A stretch of 64,000 nt of DNA from a virus (taxonomy: Duplodnaviria > Caudoviricetes): the IMG/VR virus record IMGVR_UViG_3300046678_000067, positions 52,827-116,826 of that record. One strand, 5' to 3'. The notes under the pieces were generated by a model. That model ran no database searches and was not told where the DNA came from. It saw only the letters and a program-made list of their open reading frames with translations. This document shows, piece after piece, positions 14,077-24,011 of the stretch (the first letter of the stretch is position 1; every line of letters starts with the position of its first letter). The translations under genes were made by a program, and so were the position numbers.

Positions 14077-15516
14077 ATGTCTTTGAATACGATTCTGGCG
14101 GCAAACTTCATTCTTCTGTGCGACTCGTATAAGCTGCACCACTTTGCTGAGTATCCCGATGATACGGAATACATCTACTCGACGGTGGTCCCGCGCAAGG
14201 CTTCTAGCTACACGAATGAGATTGTTGCAACTGGCGCGACTTTCGTTGCCGCTCAGCTGGCTGCAGTTCGCATCACGCAAGAAATGATTGACGAAGCCGA
14301 ACAGGAAGTCAACGCCTACGGTTATGAGTTCAACCGTAAGGATTGGGAAACGATTGTTCGTGAATATGAAGGTCGTCTGCCGTTGAATATCTTCGGTGTG
14401 GAAGAAGGTACTGTGGTTAAGCCCAATACTCCGATTCTGGGTATTGTGAATACTGACCCGCGTTTCTTCTGGCTCGTTTCCTACGTTGAAACCATTGTTC
14501 AACGTATTATGTGGAAGATGACCACAGTTGCCTCGATCAGCCGTTATTGCTACAAGGCTCTTGAAGCTGCTACGGAGCGCACCGGCGCGACTGAGGCTCT
14601 CCTGGAATACAAGCTGCATAACTTTGGTGATCGCGGTGCTGATGGCGAAGATAGCGCGATTATGGCTGGTATCGCTCACGCAACTCTATTCAGCGGTTCG
14701 GACTGTTTGAGCGCAGGCCGTTACATCAAGAAGCTGTATCGCACCGGCAAGAACTATCTCAGTTCGGTTGATGCTACGGAACATAGCGTGATGTGCTCGC
14801 ACTCGGACGCTAAGGCCAAGGATGACTTTGGTGCAGCTGAGATGTCGGTTACGCGTTTGGAAGAAGCAGTTAAGCGTACCCAGCGTGGCATTGGTATTCC
14901 GTTGCAGTCGGTTGTGATCGACACGTATGATGACGAGCGTTTCGTCAAGGAATATCTGGGCGAACGTCTGGCTGACCGTATTATCAAGTCTGGTGGAGTT
15001 CTCGTTGCGCGTCCTGATTCTGGCGACCCGCTGACAAAGCCGATTGAAGTGATCGAGTGGCTGGAAGAGAAGTTTGGTTCCTCCAGAAACGACAAGGGTT
15101 TCCGGGTTCTGAATCCTGCGGTTCGTGTTATCCAAGGCGACGGCATCAATCAAGATTCTCTCGTGAAGATTCTGGAGAATCTGGTTGAATCGGGTTACTC
15201 GCTCGACAACCTGACATTCGGTATGGGTGGTGGTTTGACTCACGGTCCTGGCCGCGATGAGTTCTCGTTCTCGATGAAGGCAACGGCGCGTCTGGGTGGT
15301 AGCGGTTGGGTTAATCTTCTGAAGGAACCTAAGACGGACGCATCGAAGAAGTCGCTGACCGGTCTTGCTCACACGGTATACAGCGATGACGAACTGATCG
15401 TAGTTTCGGATTACACGGTATTCCAAGACCAGATCGGTTGGAAGCGTTACTTCCAAGAAGGTTATGTGGAGTATGTTCCGAAGTTTGAAGCGGTTCGTGA
15501 ACGTGCCCGAGCGTAA
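14077..15516 (+). CDS. nadV: Nicotinamide phosphoribosyltransferase (NAMPT/NadV)
   Basis: DSYKLHH, LHNFGDRG, ATEHSVM, VIDTYD, RPDSGDP, IQGDGI, FGMGGGL, FSMKA. Confidence 0.95.
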   Translation: MSLNTILAANFILLCDSYKLHHFAEYPDDTEYIYSTVVPRKASSYTNEIVATGATFVAAQLAAVRITQEMIDEAEQEVNAYGYEFNRKDWETIVREYEGRLPLNIFGVEEGTVVKPNTPILGIVNTDPRFFWLVSYVETIVQRIMWKMTTVASISRYCYKALEAATERTGATEALLEYKLHNFGDRGADGEDSAIMAGIAHATLFSGSDCLSAGRYIKKLYRTGKNYLSSVDATEHSVMCSHSDAKAKDDFGAAEMSVTRLEEAVKRTQRGIGIPLQSVVIDTYDDERFVKEYLGERLADRIIKSGGVLVARPDSGDPLTKPIEVIEWLEEKFGSSRNDKGFRVLNPAVRVIQGDGINQDSLVKILENLVESGYSLDNLTFGMGGGLTHGPGRDEFSFSMKATARLGGSGWVNLLKEPKTDASKKSLTGLAHTVYSDDELIVVSDYTVFQDQIGWKRYFQEGYVEYVPKFEAVRERARA

Positions 15517-15556
15517 GGTTATTTGCGTAGAATACAAGTCTTTCGACTTTAGGAGT

Positions 15557-15754
15557 ATGAACCATGGAGTCGAAAGACGTAAGGCGATCATTGATCATAT
15601 TCTACAATCCTCTAATGGCCTATGCGTAAATCGTAAGTATTGTCTTCAGATTGATGAAGATTCTGATCTGAAGTATCTATTGAAGAAAGGTATTCTCACC
15701 AGAGATCGTTGGGGATTCCGAGGCACCAAAAACACATACTTGATTCTCAAATAG
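15557..15754 (+). CDS. Hypothetical protein (start MNHGV, AGGAG SD)
   Basis: Short ORF before terminator. Confidence 0.55.
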   Translation: MNHGVERRKAIIDHILQSSNGLCVNRKYCLQIDEDSDLKYLLKKGILTRDRWGFRGTKNTYLILK

Positions 15755-15755
15755 C

Positions 15756-15789
15756 AAAAAGCCCCTCTGTGAAGAGGGGCTTTTCTTTT
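15756..15789. terminator. Bidirectional terminator at convergence of + and - blocks
   Basis: AAAAAGCCCCTCT-GTGA-AGAGGGGCTTTT. Confidence 0.85.
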
Positions 15790-16099
15790 AGGTCGCTAGG
15801 ACAACGTTAGCTACTGCGCCTGTACCCGTAATTGCAGTTACGTTAGCAAGTACATAAGCGTAAGCATCCGTAGATGTAAACACTTGAGTAGGAGCAGTAT
15901 TGGTTAGCGTAAAGGTATTCAAAGTGAACCAAAATACGCCATCGTTAGAAACTTGGATTTGAACCGTAGCAGAATAGGTTCCGGTTCCGCCTAGAGTTGC
16001 TTGATAAGAACGAACGTTACCAAGACCAGAGATTTGAGTTGCAGGGACTGCGCCGGTTACTGTTGCTCCGGCTAGAATTTGTTTGATGCGAAAAGACAT
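15788..16099 (-). CDS. Small beta-rich virion protein (possible head decoration)
   Basis: Directly downstream of gp23; Thr/Ala/Gly-rich; GGAG SD. Confidence 0.5.
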   Translation of the reverse strand: MSFRIKQILAGATVTGAVPATQISGLGNVRSYQATLGGTGTYSATVQIQVSNDGVFWFTLNTFTLTNTAPTQVFTSTDAYAYVLANVTAITGTGAVANVVLAT

Positions 16100-16123
16100 A
16101 TAATTTCTCCAATTCTATTAGAC

Positions 16124-16158
16124 AAAAACCCTCAGGACTTCTCCTGAGGGTTTCTTTT
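16124..16158 (-). terminator. Terminator downstream of major capsid gene
   Basis: AAAAACCCTCAGGA-CTTC-TCCTGAGGGTTT. Confidence 0.75.
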
Positions 16159-16192
16159 GTTTCTATAAGAAGCGGGGCGAACCCCGCATTTC

Positions 16193-17488
16193 TTAGAACA
16201 ACTTCGTTACGACAGCCTTGCGGTAGAAACCGTTTTCGCCTTGGCCTAGACCAGCGCCAGTAGCAGGAGTACCCGTAGCATCTTGCTTGTAGAACGGGTT
16301 AGCAGAGATTGCATAACGCGTCTTAAAGCCCATTCTTGGGTTAAAATTGTCTTCACCAACAGTACGGTACATTTCCAACGGAGTGTACGGGCTGTAGAAA
16401 ATACCAGCGTCCATTTCGTTAGCGCCCTTGTAAGCTACGCAGTAGAACTCGCGATCAGCATACGGGTCGATGTGTACGCGCATACCGTTAGCCAATACAC
16501 CGGCGAACGTGCTAGACGTAGAATCAACCTTGATAGACGTTGCTAGGTTCGGGTTGTACTCTAGAACACCAGCCATTGCCAAAGCAGAAGCGACGTTCGG
16601 AGAAACTAGCAAACGATTACCCTTACCACGCTTCGTATCGATAGCGATAGCGTTAGCGTCCAATTCGATTTGGAACAATAGACCCTTCCAACGTTCCATC
16701 ATCCAACGACCGTCAGTATCAACAGTTACGTCGAATAGACCAGCCTTCGTTGCACCAGCAGCGCCGTATTTAGCAGCGATCAACATCGTGCGGATGAACT
16801 CACGGTTCATTTCAGCTTGGATTTCGGTCACTAGCATTTCGCTTAGGATCGAGTCAACTTCAAGACCGTGAACAGCTTGCATGTCTTGACGTAGTTCGTG
16901 CGTGTAGTCAGCGAATAGACCACGAGCCTTTGCAGACACGGTCGTCTTTTCGATGCTGAAAGCCATCTGCGCCCAAGGAGTCGTAGACCCTAGAGATTCA
17001 GCAGTAGCCGTAGCCATACCAGTACCAGCAGAAGGATCAACAGCTGGGTTGCCAGCGGCTTGGTAGCCAGCAGGTAGACCAGTCGTAGAACCAGCTTGCG
17101 CACCTGCACCAGAGAATGCAGAGTTAGCTTCGTTGAATAGAGCTTCAGCGCCGGTTTGGTTCGTGTAACGCGAACGCATTGCGAATACTAGACCATCAGG
17201 AGTCTTTAGCGGTTGTACGCCGAAGAATTCCATGCTGATAAGCATCGGAGGCAAACGCTTTGCCATCTTGATAAGAACGGGAGACCACGTAGCAACAGAC
17301 GTGCCAGTAGCATTGGTCGAAGCAGCAGTTTCCAATAGGAATTGCTGATTAGACTTACACCAGTTTTCTTGGTTTTCCAAGAGACGTGCGGCGATCTTCG
17401 CTTGGTTTAGTTCAGCAGCTGATTGAGAGTCGGTGGACTCAATAACAGGCTTCCACTTGTTTAGCATTTCTTCAGTGACGAGTGCCAT
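16193..17488 (-). CDS. gp23: Major capsid protein gp23
   Basis: GVQP..P.GLVFAMRSRY, FSIEKTTVSAKAR, QDMQAVHGL, EIQAEMNRE, FYSPYTPL, PRMGFKTRY. Confidence 0.97.
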   Translation of the reverse strand: MALVTEEMLNKWKPVIESTDSQSAAELNQAKIAARLLENQENWCKSNQQFLLETAASTNATGTSVATWSPVLIKMAKRLPPMLISMEFFGVQPLKTPDGLVFAMRSRYTNQTGAEALFNEANSAFSGAGAQAGSTTGLPAGYQAAGNPAVDPSAGTGMATATAESLGSTTPWAQMAFSIEKTTVSAKARGLFADYTHELRQDMQAVHGLEVDSILSEMLVTEIQAEMNREFIRTMLIAAKYGAAGATKAGLFDVTVDTDGRWMMERWKGLLFQIELDANAIAIDTKRGKGNRLLVSPNVASALAMAGVLEYNPNLATSIKVDSTSSTFAGVLANGMRVHIDPYADREFYCVAYKGANEMDAGIFYSPYTPLEMYRTVGEDNFNPRMGFKTRYAISANPFYKQDATGTPATGAGLGQGENGFYRKAVVTKLF

Positions 17489-17522
17489 TTGTATTTCCTA
17501 TTAAAGTTTTAACATACAACTA

Positions 17523-17529
17523 TATTTAG
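17523..17529 (-). promoter_or_regulatory. Late (gp55-type) promoter CTAAATA
   Basis: CTAARTA also at 17637(-), 18672(-), 21476(-), 24002(-), 33974(-), 34225(-), 46201(-), 46219(+), 7068, 7649, 8168, 8528, 10223, 10844, 10975(+); variant of T4 TATAAATA. Confidence 0.7.
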
Positions 17530-17744
17530 AGGATGTTTTGCAAACGCCATCCTCATAGGTTTCTAATCGAGTCCAATACTCAAAGAGAATTTTTATAAAG
17601 GGAGGTTTGCGCTCCCTTTTGATTCATATCTACTAATACTTAGTTCTCTAAGCAGAAGATTGAATCGAAACAAAAACGGGGAGGGTTACTCCCCGTGCGA
17701 TAGTCTTGTACTTCCCTATCGCCTCAAAGATATTTAGTTGCCGA

Positions 17745-18638
17745 TTACTTGAACAACTTCAACGTTTCTGCAACCATATCCGCTTCGAAGTGAGGCGCAT
17801 AGTTATCGCGTGCGTGTTGGTAAGCTTCAGTTACTGGATCCTTCACGACTGCGCCCTTACCAGTTGCACCTTCAGCAGAGCCGGTAGCTCCACCTTCAGC
17901 ACCAGCTGGCTTTGTTACTAGAACACCTTCAGGATTTTCAACGCCAGTAGAGGCAGAGTCAATCGGGCTAGTAGCAATAGGAGTCTTGTCATCAGTTACT
18001 GCAACAACAGTACCGTCAGTGTTGAATGTACCCTTGATGGTCTTGCCACCAACAGCTTCAACAACTAGAGCAGCCTTAGCACGGAAGTCATCTTCAGACT
18101 TGAAGTCAAATGCTTCCAATAGCTTAGAAACGCGATGAATTTGCGTGTCGGCTAGACCTTCGGTAACTTGACCGATGATTTCCTTAACCTTGATTTGGAC
18201 GAGCTTAGATTCAGCTTCGACTAGAGCAGTCTTAGCAGCAGTCGCTTCAGCAACTAGAGCAGCATTAGCTTCTTGTAGCTTGACTAGTTCCTTACCAGCG
18301 GTGTCGCCAGTTAGTTCAATGTCAGCCTTTTCGAAAACGCCTTTTAGACCTTGTAGGAATGACTCAGCGATCTGACCCTTGATTTGAGAGTCTAGAGCAA
18401 CTGCGTTTTCCTTGGCCCATTCTAGGACGGTTTCTTCAACTAGCGCATCAACGGTCTTAACCGCTTCAGCAGCAAATTCAGCCTTAGCTTCAACTAGCTT
18501 TGCATCGTATGATTCTTGGATCTTAACGAGTTCAGCCTTGACGCTTTCGTCAACAGCAGCTTCGAAAAGAGTCGTTGTCTTTTCTTTGAAATCTGCTGGA
18601 AGTTCAGCGTTTTCAAAAAGGGCTTTTAGTAGTTCCAT
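17745..18638 (-). CDS. gp22: Prohead core scaffold gp22
   Basis: LPADFKEKTTTLFEAAV, AESFLQGLKGVF; synteny. Confidence 0.9.
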   Translation of the reverse strand: MELLKALFENAELPADFKEKTTTLFEAAVDESVKAELVKIQESYDAKLVEAKAEFAAEAVKTVDALVEETVLEWAKENAVALDSQIKGQIAESFLQGLKGVFEKADIELTGDTAGKELVKLQEANAALVAEATAAKTALVEAESKLVQIKVKEIIGQVTEGLADTQIHRVSKLLEAFDFKSEDDFRAKAALVVEAVGGKTIKGTFNTDGTVVAVTDDKTPIATSPIDSASTGVENPEGVLVTKPAGAEGGATGSAEGATGKGAVVKDPVTEAYQHARDNYAPHFEADMVAETLKLFK

Positions 18639-18699
18639 TTTTGTTCCTTGAGGTAATTCGTTTATAGAGAATATTTAGTTGGGATTTTAACCCACCCGA

Positions 18700-19329
18700 T
18701 TATTTAGACTTCTTGATTTCTTGAATCAATTGTTCAAACTTTTCCAAGAATAGTGCTTGAGCCTTTTCTCGGTTCTCTTTCTCAACCCAAATTCCGCCTT
18801 CCTGAACCCACTCAGTAGATTCCTTTAGGGCGTTCATATAGCAGTTTTGTCCCGAAGGCATATCAACTGCATCAATGGCGTTGAGCATATATTCTGTGAC
18901 ATACTTCTGGCCTGAACGTTCTACAACGTTACCAAGACCGCGAGTAGACATCCCCATGCGGAAGCCAGCTTCCACTAGAGATTTAATTTGTTGTCCGTGA
19001 ATATTATTTAGTACGCGTGCTTTACCAATAACATCAGTCCCTTGCCAAGTAAGAGATTCGATGTAGACAGCCGCTTCTTTGATATTAGGGAAAGGATAAT
19101 CAGGGTGATTTAGTTCACCAATCGCACGATTAGCATTTAGGTAGGTTTGGATGTAAGAATCAACCGAACTTTCCATCATTGCTTTTTCGTAGATACGACC
19201 GTTGCGGTTACGCTTTTCGGTCATGATCATTGGACCTTCCAAGTATAGAACCTTACCGTCAGAAGTCTGCTCGGTAAGGGTTTCCATATTCGGTGCCCAT
19301 TCTCTTAGAAAGAGCATCGGCTTGTTCAT
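18700..19329 (-). CDS. gp21: Prohead protease gp21
   Basis: NRNGRIY, AIGELNHP, MSTRGLG, DAVDMPS. Confidence 0.95.
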   Translation of the reverse strand: MNKPMLFLREWAPNMETLTEQTSDGKVLYLEGPMIMTEKRNRNGRIYEKAMMESSVDSYIQTYLNANRAIGELNHPDYPFPNIKEAAVYIESLTWQGTDVIGKARVLNNIHGQQIKSLVEAGFRMGMSTRGLGNVVERSGQKYVTEYMLNAIDAVDMPSGQNCYMNALKESTEWVQEGGIWVEKENREKAQALFLEKFEQLIQEIKKSK

Positions 19330-19331
19330 GA

Positions 19332-19766
19332 TTAAGCCTTAACGCCAGGAGGCGTTCCGCCCGGTGGCGTGAATCCACCTTCTTGCTTATATAGCCCATT
19401 TCCAACGGTAGCCTTTCCGCCGTCAGTCTTGACACCAGGAGCAACTCCGCCTTCAGGAGTGAAATCGCCAGCAGCTTTGTATAGAGTACCACCATCGACA
19501 GTTAGAAGTTCTAGTATACCATCACCAAGAACTTGCTTAACGATAACCTTAGCACCAGCAGCGTTTACGCCGTAGTCGCCAACCTTAATACCAGGCGGCT
19601 GGAAGGTCATTTCGCCTTCAAACAAAGATTTAGCTACGAATTTTGTACTATCTGCGCGGAACTGACCGGCACGTGCATCCAAAAGCGCCTTTAGAGCAGT
19701 CTTGGCTTCAGTTACCTTAGTTGCATCACCAGACAGAAACGAATTGATGATTTCTTGATTTTCCAT
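19332..19766 (-). CDS. Prohead core protein (gp67/68 position)
   Basis: Between gp20 and gp21; likely start MENQEII. Confidence 0.55.
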   Translation of the reverse strand: MENQEIINSFLSGDATKVTEAKTALKALLDARAGQFRADSTKFVAKSLFEGEMTFQPPGIKVGDYGVNAAGAKVIVKQVLGDGILELLTVDGGTLYKAAGDFTPEGGVAPGVKTDGGKATVGNGLYKQEGGFTPPGGTPPGVKA

Positions 19767-19776
19767 AATGATTCCT

Positions 19777-21450
19777 TTATTTAGCTTTGGGTGCAGGAGG
19801 TTTAGTTGCCTTAGCAACTTTGATCTGCGCATCTAGTTGGTCGTCGTGGATACCTGCATCCATATCGGCTTGATCTTGTGGGGACATATATTCACCAGCT
19901 GCGATTTCTTCATCAATCTCAGACTTGGTTTCCGCAATTTCCTCATCCGTCATTCTCAGAATCTTCTTCTGTACTTGACGTTTAGAGAAGTATTTACCAA
20001 CATATTCATCAGCTTGAGCAAGAGCTTCCAAGCGACCTTCCATGATCTGAGCTTCTTGTTCTTCCTTAACAAACTCATCCGAAGCATACTGGAAGGTGAT
20101 TAGAGGTAGAACAATATCATCCCAATCGTCAGCAGTCGTGATACCCTTAAGGATCAATTGAGTACGCAGCAAGTCCAAGAACAATCCGTTGAAGCGGCGA
20201 CGTAGGCGCTGTACAAACTTATTGAACTTGATTTCGTCACGGTTAATTTCTGTCGCGCGATTACCGATGGAGATAGTTGCTTCGTTTTCCAAACGAGACT
20301 TCGGCACATTCAGAGACTCTAGGAGTTTCTTCTGGAAGTAGCGCAAGTCATCAATCTGACCTAGGTTCTCACCCGCAGGCAATGTATCGATCTCAGTTCC
20401 TCGCCCACCTTCACGGCGCGGCAACCAATAATCTTCCATCATTGAAACTTGATGCGAGTTGCCCTTTACCTTACCAGTCGTGCCGTCATAAACCAATTTA
20501 GTCTTGTATTTATTGATCAGGCTCATCATGTATTCTTCAGCACCCTTCTTAGGAAGTGTACCAACGTCTACATAGAAAATACGACGTTCAGGCGCGCGTG
20601 TAATACGATAGATTACACAAGCGTCTTCAAGCATACGCAAGTTATTTAGCGGCTTTCTAGCCTTCTCAAGATGACCTAGGATAAGGTTACCAGAGTCACC
20701 AGAGATAATCCCGCTATGCACGAATGCGATGGTGTCTAGGCTGAGCTCTAGAGCCTGGTTTACGCGGCTGACTAGGTTAGACCTAGCTCCGGTATCGTTC
20801 GATGTCGTAGAGGCGTAGGAAGGGTCATATAGGAAGTAGGAGCGGGTGTCTACGATGCGATCAACCTGAGTCGTCGGATCGGTTTCCGTTGCAATTTCCT
20901 TGATCTTCTTAATAGCACGAGAATCTAGGTTGACCAGTTTAAGAATGCCCTTCTTAGGTGCATTCGGGTCAATAATTTTGTGGTAGTAGAGTCTACCATC
21001 AACGTAGAATTGTTTGAAGATTTCGTAAGAGCGTAGGTCAAACTTTAGCAGACGAACAAGATAATCAAACTCTTTGGTAATCTTATCTTTCGTGTCTTGA
21101 GATAGACCATCCTGCTTATCATCAATCTGAATAGCAACCGGGCCTTCATCAGCGTCTGCGGTTACAGCTTCGTTGATAATATCGTCTACTGCGCGATCCA
21201 CTTCTGAGTGGATTACCATAGAGCGATATTCATTGATGACTTCAGCCTGATTACGCAGGTCTAGCGAATTAGCAAAACCTGATGTGTAATAATGGTTTAC
21301 GTCAATTAGATCGGACGCATCATCGTTCTCGACAGCCACAAGGGTCTGCTTCTGGATGATCTTCTGTTCTGCTTCGCGCTCTGGATTTGCAAACTCGGTG
21401 CCTAGGAATAGGCGTGAGAAGCCGTTGCGAATAGATGATTGGAGTGCCAT
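19777..21450 (-). CDS. gp20: Portal protein gp20
   Basis: FYVDGRLYYHK, IYRITRAPERRIFYVDVG, EDYWLPRREGGRGTEI. Confidence 0.97.
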   Translation of the reverse strand: MALQSSIRNGFSRLFLGTEFANPEREAEQKIIQKQTLVAVENDDASDLIDVNHYYTSGFANSLDLRNQAEVINEYRSMVIHSEVDRAVDDIINEAVTADADEGPVAIQIDDKQDGLSQDTKDKITKEFDYLVRLLKFDLRSYEIFKQFYVDGRLYYHKIIDPNAPKKGILKLVNLDSRAIKKIKEIATETDPTTQVDRIVDTRSYFLYDPSYASTTSNDTGARSNLVSRVNQALELSLDTIAFVHSGIISGDSGNLILGHLEKARKPLNNLRMLEDACVIYRITRAPERRIFYVDVGTLPKKGAEEYMMSLINKYKTKLVYDGTTGKVKGNSHQVSMMEDYWLPRREGGRGTEIDTLPAGENLGQIDDLRYFQKKLLESLNVPKSRLENEATISIGNRATEINRDEIKFNKFVQRLRRRFNGLFLDLLRTQLILKGITTADDWDDIVLPLITFQYASDEFVKEEQEAQIMEGRLEALAQADEYVGKYFSKRQVQKKILRMTDEEIAETKSEIDEEIAAGEYMSPQDQADMDAGIHDDQLDAQIKVAKATKPPAPKAK

Positions 21451-21535
21451 AGTGCCCTCGTTAATGTAGTATTAATATTTAGGGCAATCCTCAAATCAAA
21501 AGGGACTCGTGAGAATCCCTTTCTTTATTTGAAGA

Positions 21536-22063
21536 TTACAGCGTAACGTTAGGCTGGCTGTAGTTGACGTAACGGAAAGTCACATCATACTGGGCATAGC
21601 CGTCCATTTCACCCGAATCCATAGACATCTGACCAACCGTAGCGGGCCAAGCATCATGTAGGACATAGGTCTTAGTTACTTGATCGTTCACGTCTAGAAG
21701 TTCTAGCGTGATGTCGTTCATAATCTGGTCAAGAGCGGTTAGGCCAGTGTTGCTGTCGGAACCGTTGATGTTTTCGGACCATTTCTGGAACGCGTTATAT
21801 ACATTCTGGTCGTTTACACCAATGAACGTAATAGCGAATTCTTCATAGGTACGATCACCAGGAACCGGCAAAGTACGACCACCCCAAGTTAGTTCGATAA
21901 CGCCTACCGCCGCAGAGGGAGTAGAAGTTGTACGAGCTAGCAAAGAGGCTTGTTGAGCATCAGCTTGACTACCGGCATAACCAGGTAGATTGATGGTGAC
22001 GCGCCAACGGTTGGTACGAACTAGACCAGACTTGACCGCTTGACGTAGTTGAGAAATCTGCAT
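21536..22063 (-). CDS. gp19: Tail tube protein gp19
   Basis: GRTLPVPGDRTY, AWPATVG, VTFRY. Confidence 0.92.
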   Translation of the reverse strand: MQISQLRQAVKSGLVRTNRWRVTINLPGYAGSQADAQQASLLARTTSTPSAAVGVIELTWGGRTLPVPGDRTYEEFAITFIGVNDQNVYNAFQKWSENINGSDSNTGLTALDQIMNDITLELLDVNDQVTKTYVLHDAWPATVGQMSMDSGEMDGYAQYDVTFRYVNYSQPNVTL

Positions 22064-22104
22064 TTTATATCCTTTTAAAAAGGGGAGACAAGCTCCCCAT
22101 CAGA

Positions 22105-23961
22105 TTACGAGTTTTCCGTGAAAGCAACGTCAGGGCGAACAGCTGACAAGTTCAACACGACCCAGTTGATAGAGTATGTTGGCTTTAGTAGCAACTGAAC
22201 AACCATCTTGTTCTGCAAGCGCGTATCAGCGTCGTTGTTGACTTCGTTACAGATGACACGGAAGTCTTCAAAAGCGCGTTGGTTCATCATGTTACGCAGG
22301 AACGGAGTCGCAGCGTTAACAAATTGAGAACGTGTGATAGCGTCGTTGATTTCAAACAAGAAGTAACGAGCCATAGAAGCAACGCTCTCTTTCGCTACGA
22401 TGAATGCCCAACGGACATTAACGCGGCTGAAAGCAGAAGGACGTTGAGTCAAAGTCTTATCGCCGTATAGAACAATACCGTCAGCCGGGAAGGTAACGAT
22501 GCTGTTGATACCAAACGGATATAGCGCGTCGCGGTCGCCTTGAGCTGCAGACCATGCCATCTTCGTGTAGTTCAAGTACTTGCCGCGAGTCAAACCAGCT
22601 GGAGAAGTCCAAGGAGTTTGATTAACGAACGTGCGAGCGAAGATACCTGCGGTTCCGCCAGTAGCAGGAATCCAACGGTAAACATCGTTGTACTTGTCGT
22701 AGATGTAACCCCAGTTGTCTACTGCGAAGCCGTAGTTAGAGTCACGAACTAGACGGTTCTTACGCCAATCTAGAACAGAAGCAACTTCATTACCACGATT
22801 ATTCACAACGTCAGACATACGCGGAGCTACGAACGGCATGCAGTTAGCGCGAATTTCAGCAACGTCGATAATAGCAGCTTGTTCAGCTTCAGAGCAATCA
22901 GGAGCGATTAGGAACTGAATGTCATAGGCTTCGCTGTTCTCGAATAGTTGGAAACCTTCAGTTACGTTAATAACTTGGTCATCAACACCGTTAGTAAGCG
23001 TTGTAATACGGTTAGATAGAGCAACTGACTTATCTCCTACGCGAACGTAAGAAGAACCCTTGTTGATCGCATCAGCGAAGTACTGGGTAGTACCGTCATC
23101 CAAGCGAGCAGTCGGGTTAGACGTCATCAATTCAAACTTTTCTAGAACACCACCTAGCGAACCAGAGCTAACAATAGTCGTTACGAATGTTAGACCATTT
23201 TGCGCAGCCGGTGCTGGAGTCACAGTAGAGTAACCAACGTTCTTTTCAACGTAAGTCACAACTGCGCCAACGGCAGTAACAGAAGCGAACAGCGCTTGAA
23301 TGCCAGCAGTAGCTGCGATCTTAGCGGCCACTTGAGCAGCAGTATCGTTTACAGCAACGGTAACAGGAACGCCAAAAATTGTAATGCTGGTAGCTGCCGT
23401 AGCAGAACCGCTTACATATAGATTTTCTTTTTGAGCTGCAGCAGCAGAACCAGTCCAATATCCGGCAGTGTCTAGAACAGCAATAGCGTATTCATTAGCT
23501 TGCGGAGTATAGGTGAAGTGTTGCTGTAGTTCGTGTCCGGCAAAGTGAGCGTTGTCGATTAGAACAACAGCAAGACCATTACCTGCGACACCTGGGAACT
23601 TAGCAAGGAAGTCAACACCGGCGAAAGTGCCTTGTTCAAAGTCTGCGTCGTTCTTCACTAATTTGGCCGTTTGGCCAGTAGGGAATGCGTTGCGCGCTGC
23701 AGTGCCTACTTGACGGTTGACAATCGCTGCATTAGAATATGCAAAGAAGTCAATCATTGGCATTACATACGGCCACGTTAGGCTATCAGGAATACCGAAT
23801 TTGGCTACAAATTCCTTTTCGCCTAGAGTGATTTGAGTGGGTTCGTCAACCGGACCCCACTGGAATGCACCAGAAATAGCACCAACTTTGTTCGCTACTT
23901 GCTGGGTATATAGGGTTTGATCGCTCTCAGAAGTGAGAACAGCTGGCGATAAAAATAGCAT
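22105..23961 (-). CDS. gp18: Tail sheath protein gp18
   Basis: GAFQWGPVDE, YDKYNDVYRWIP, PWTSPAG, LYGDKT, FSRVNVR. Confidence 0.96.
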   Translation of the reverse strand: MLFLSPAVLTSESDQTLYTQQVANKVGAISGAFQWGPVDEPTQITLGEKEFVAKFGIPDSLTWPYVMPMIDFFAYSNAAIVNRQVGTAARNAFPTGQTAKLVKNDADFEQGTFAGVDFLAKFPGVAGNGLAVVLIDNAHFAGHELQQHFTYTPQANEYAIAVLDTAGYWTGSAAAAQKENLYVSGSATAATSITIFGVPVTVAVNDTAAQVAAKIAATAGIQALFASVTAVGAVVTYVEKNVGYSTVTPAPAAQNGLTFVTTIVSSGSLGGVLEKFELMTSNPTARLDDGTTQYFADAINKGSSYVRVGDKSVALSNRITTLTNGVDDQVINVTEGFQLFENSEAYDIQFLIAPDCSEAEQAAIIDVAEIRANCMPFVAPRMSDVVNNRGNEVASVLDWRKNRLVRDSNYGFAVDNWGYIYDKYNDVYRWIPATGGTAGIFARTFVNQTPWTSPAGLTRGKYLNYTKMAWSAAQGDRDALYPFGINSIVTFPADGIVLYGDKTLTQRPSAFSRVNVRWAFIVAKESVASMARYFLFEINDAITRSQFVNAATPFLRNMMNQRAFEDFRVICNEVNNDADTRLQNKMVVQLLLKPTYSINWVVLNLSAVRPDVAFTENS

Positions 23962-24011
23962 AAATCTTCCTTTATCTTGTGTTTAGGGTACAACCTAGTA
24001 ATATTTAGACG

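Noticed and set aside
14686-15591. 301-aa minus-strand ORF (also 12984-13817, 14020-14679, 6412-7098)
   Set aside because: Antisense shadows of well-supported + strand genes, arising from codon bias; no motifs or SD.
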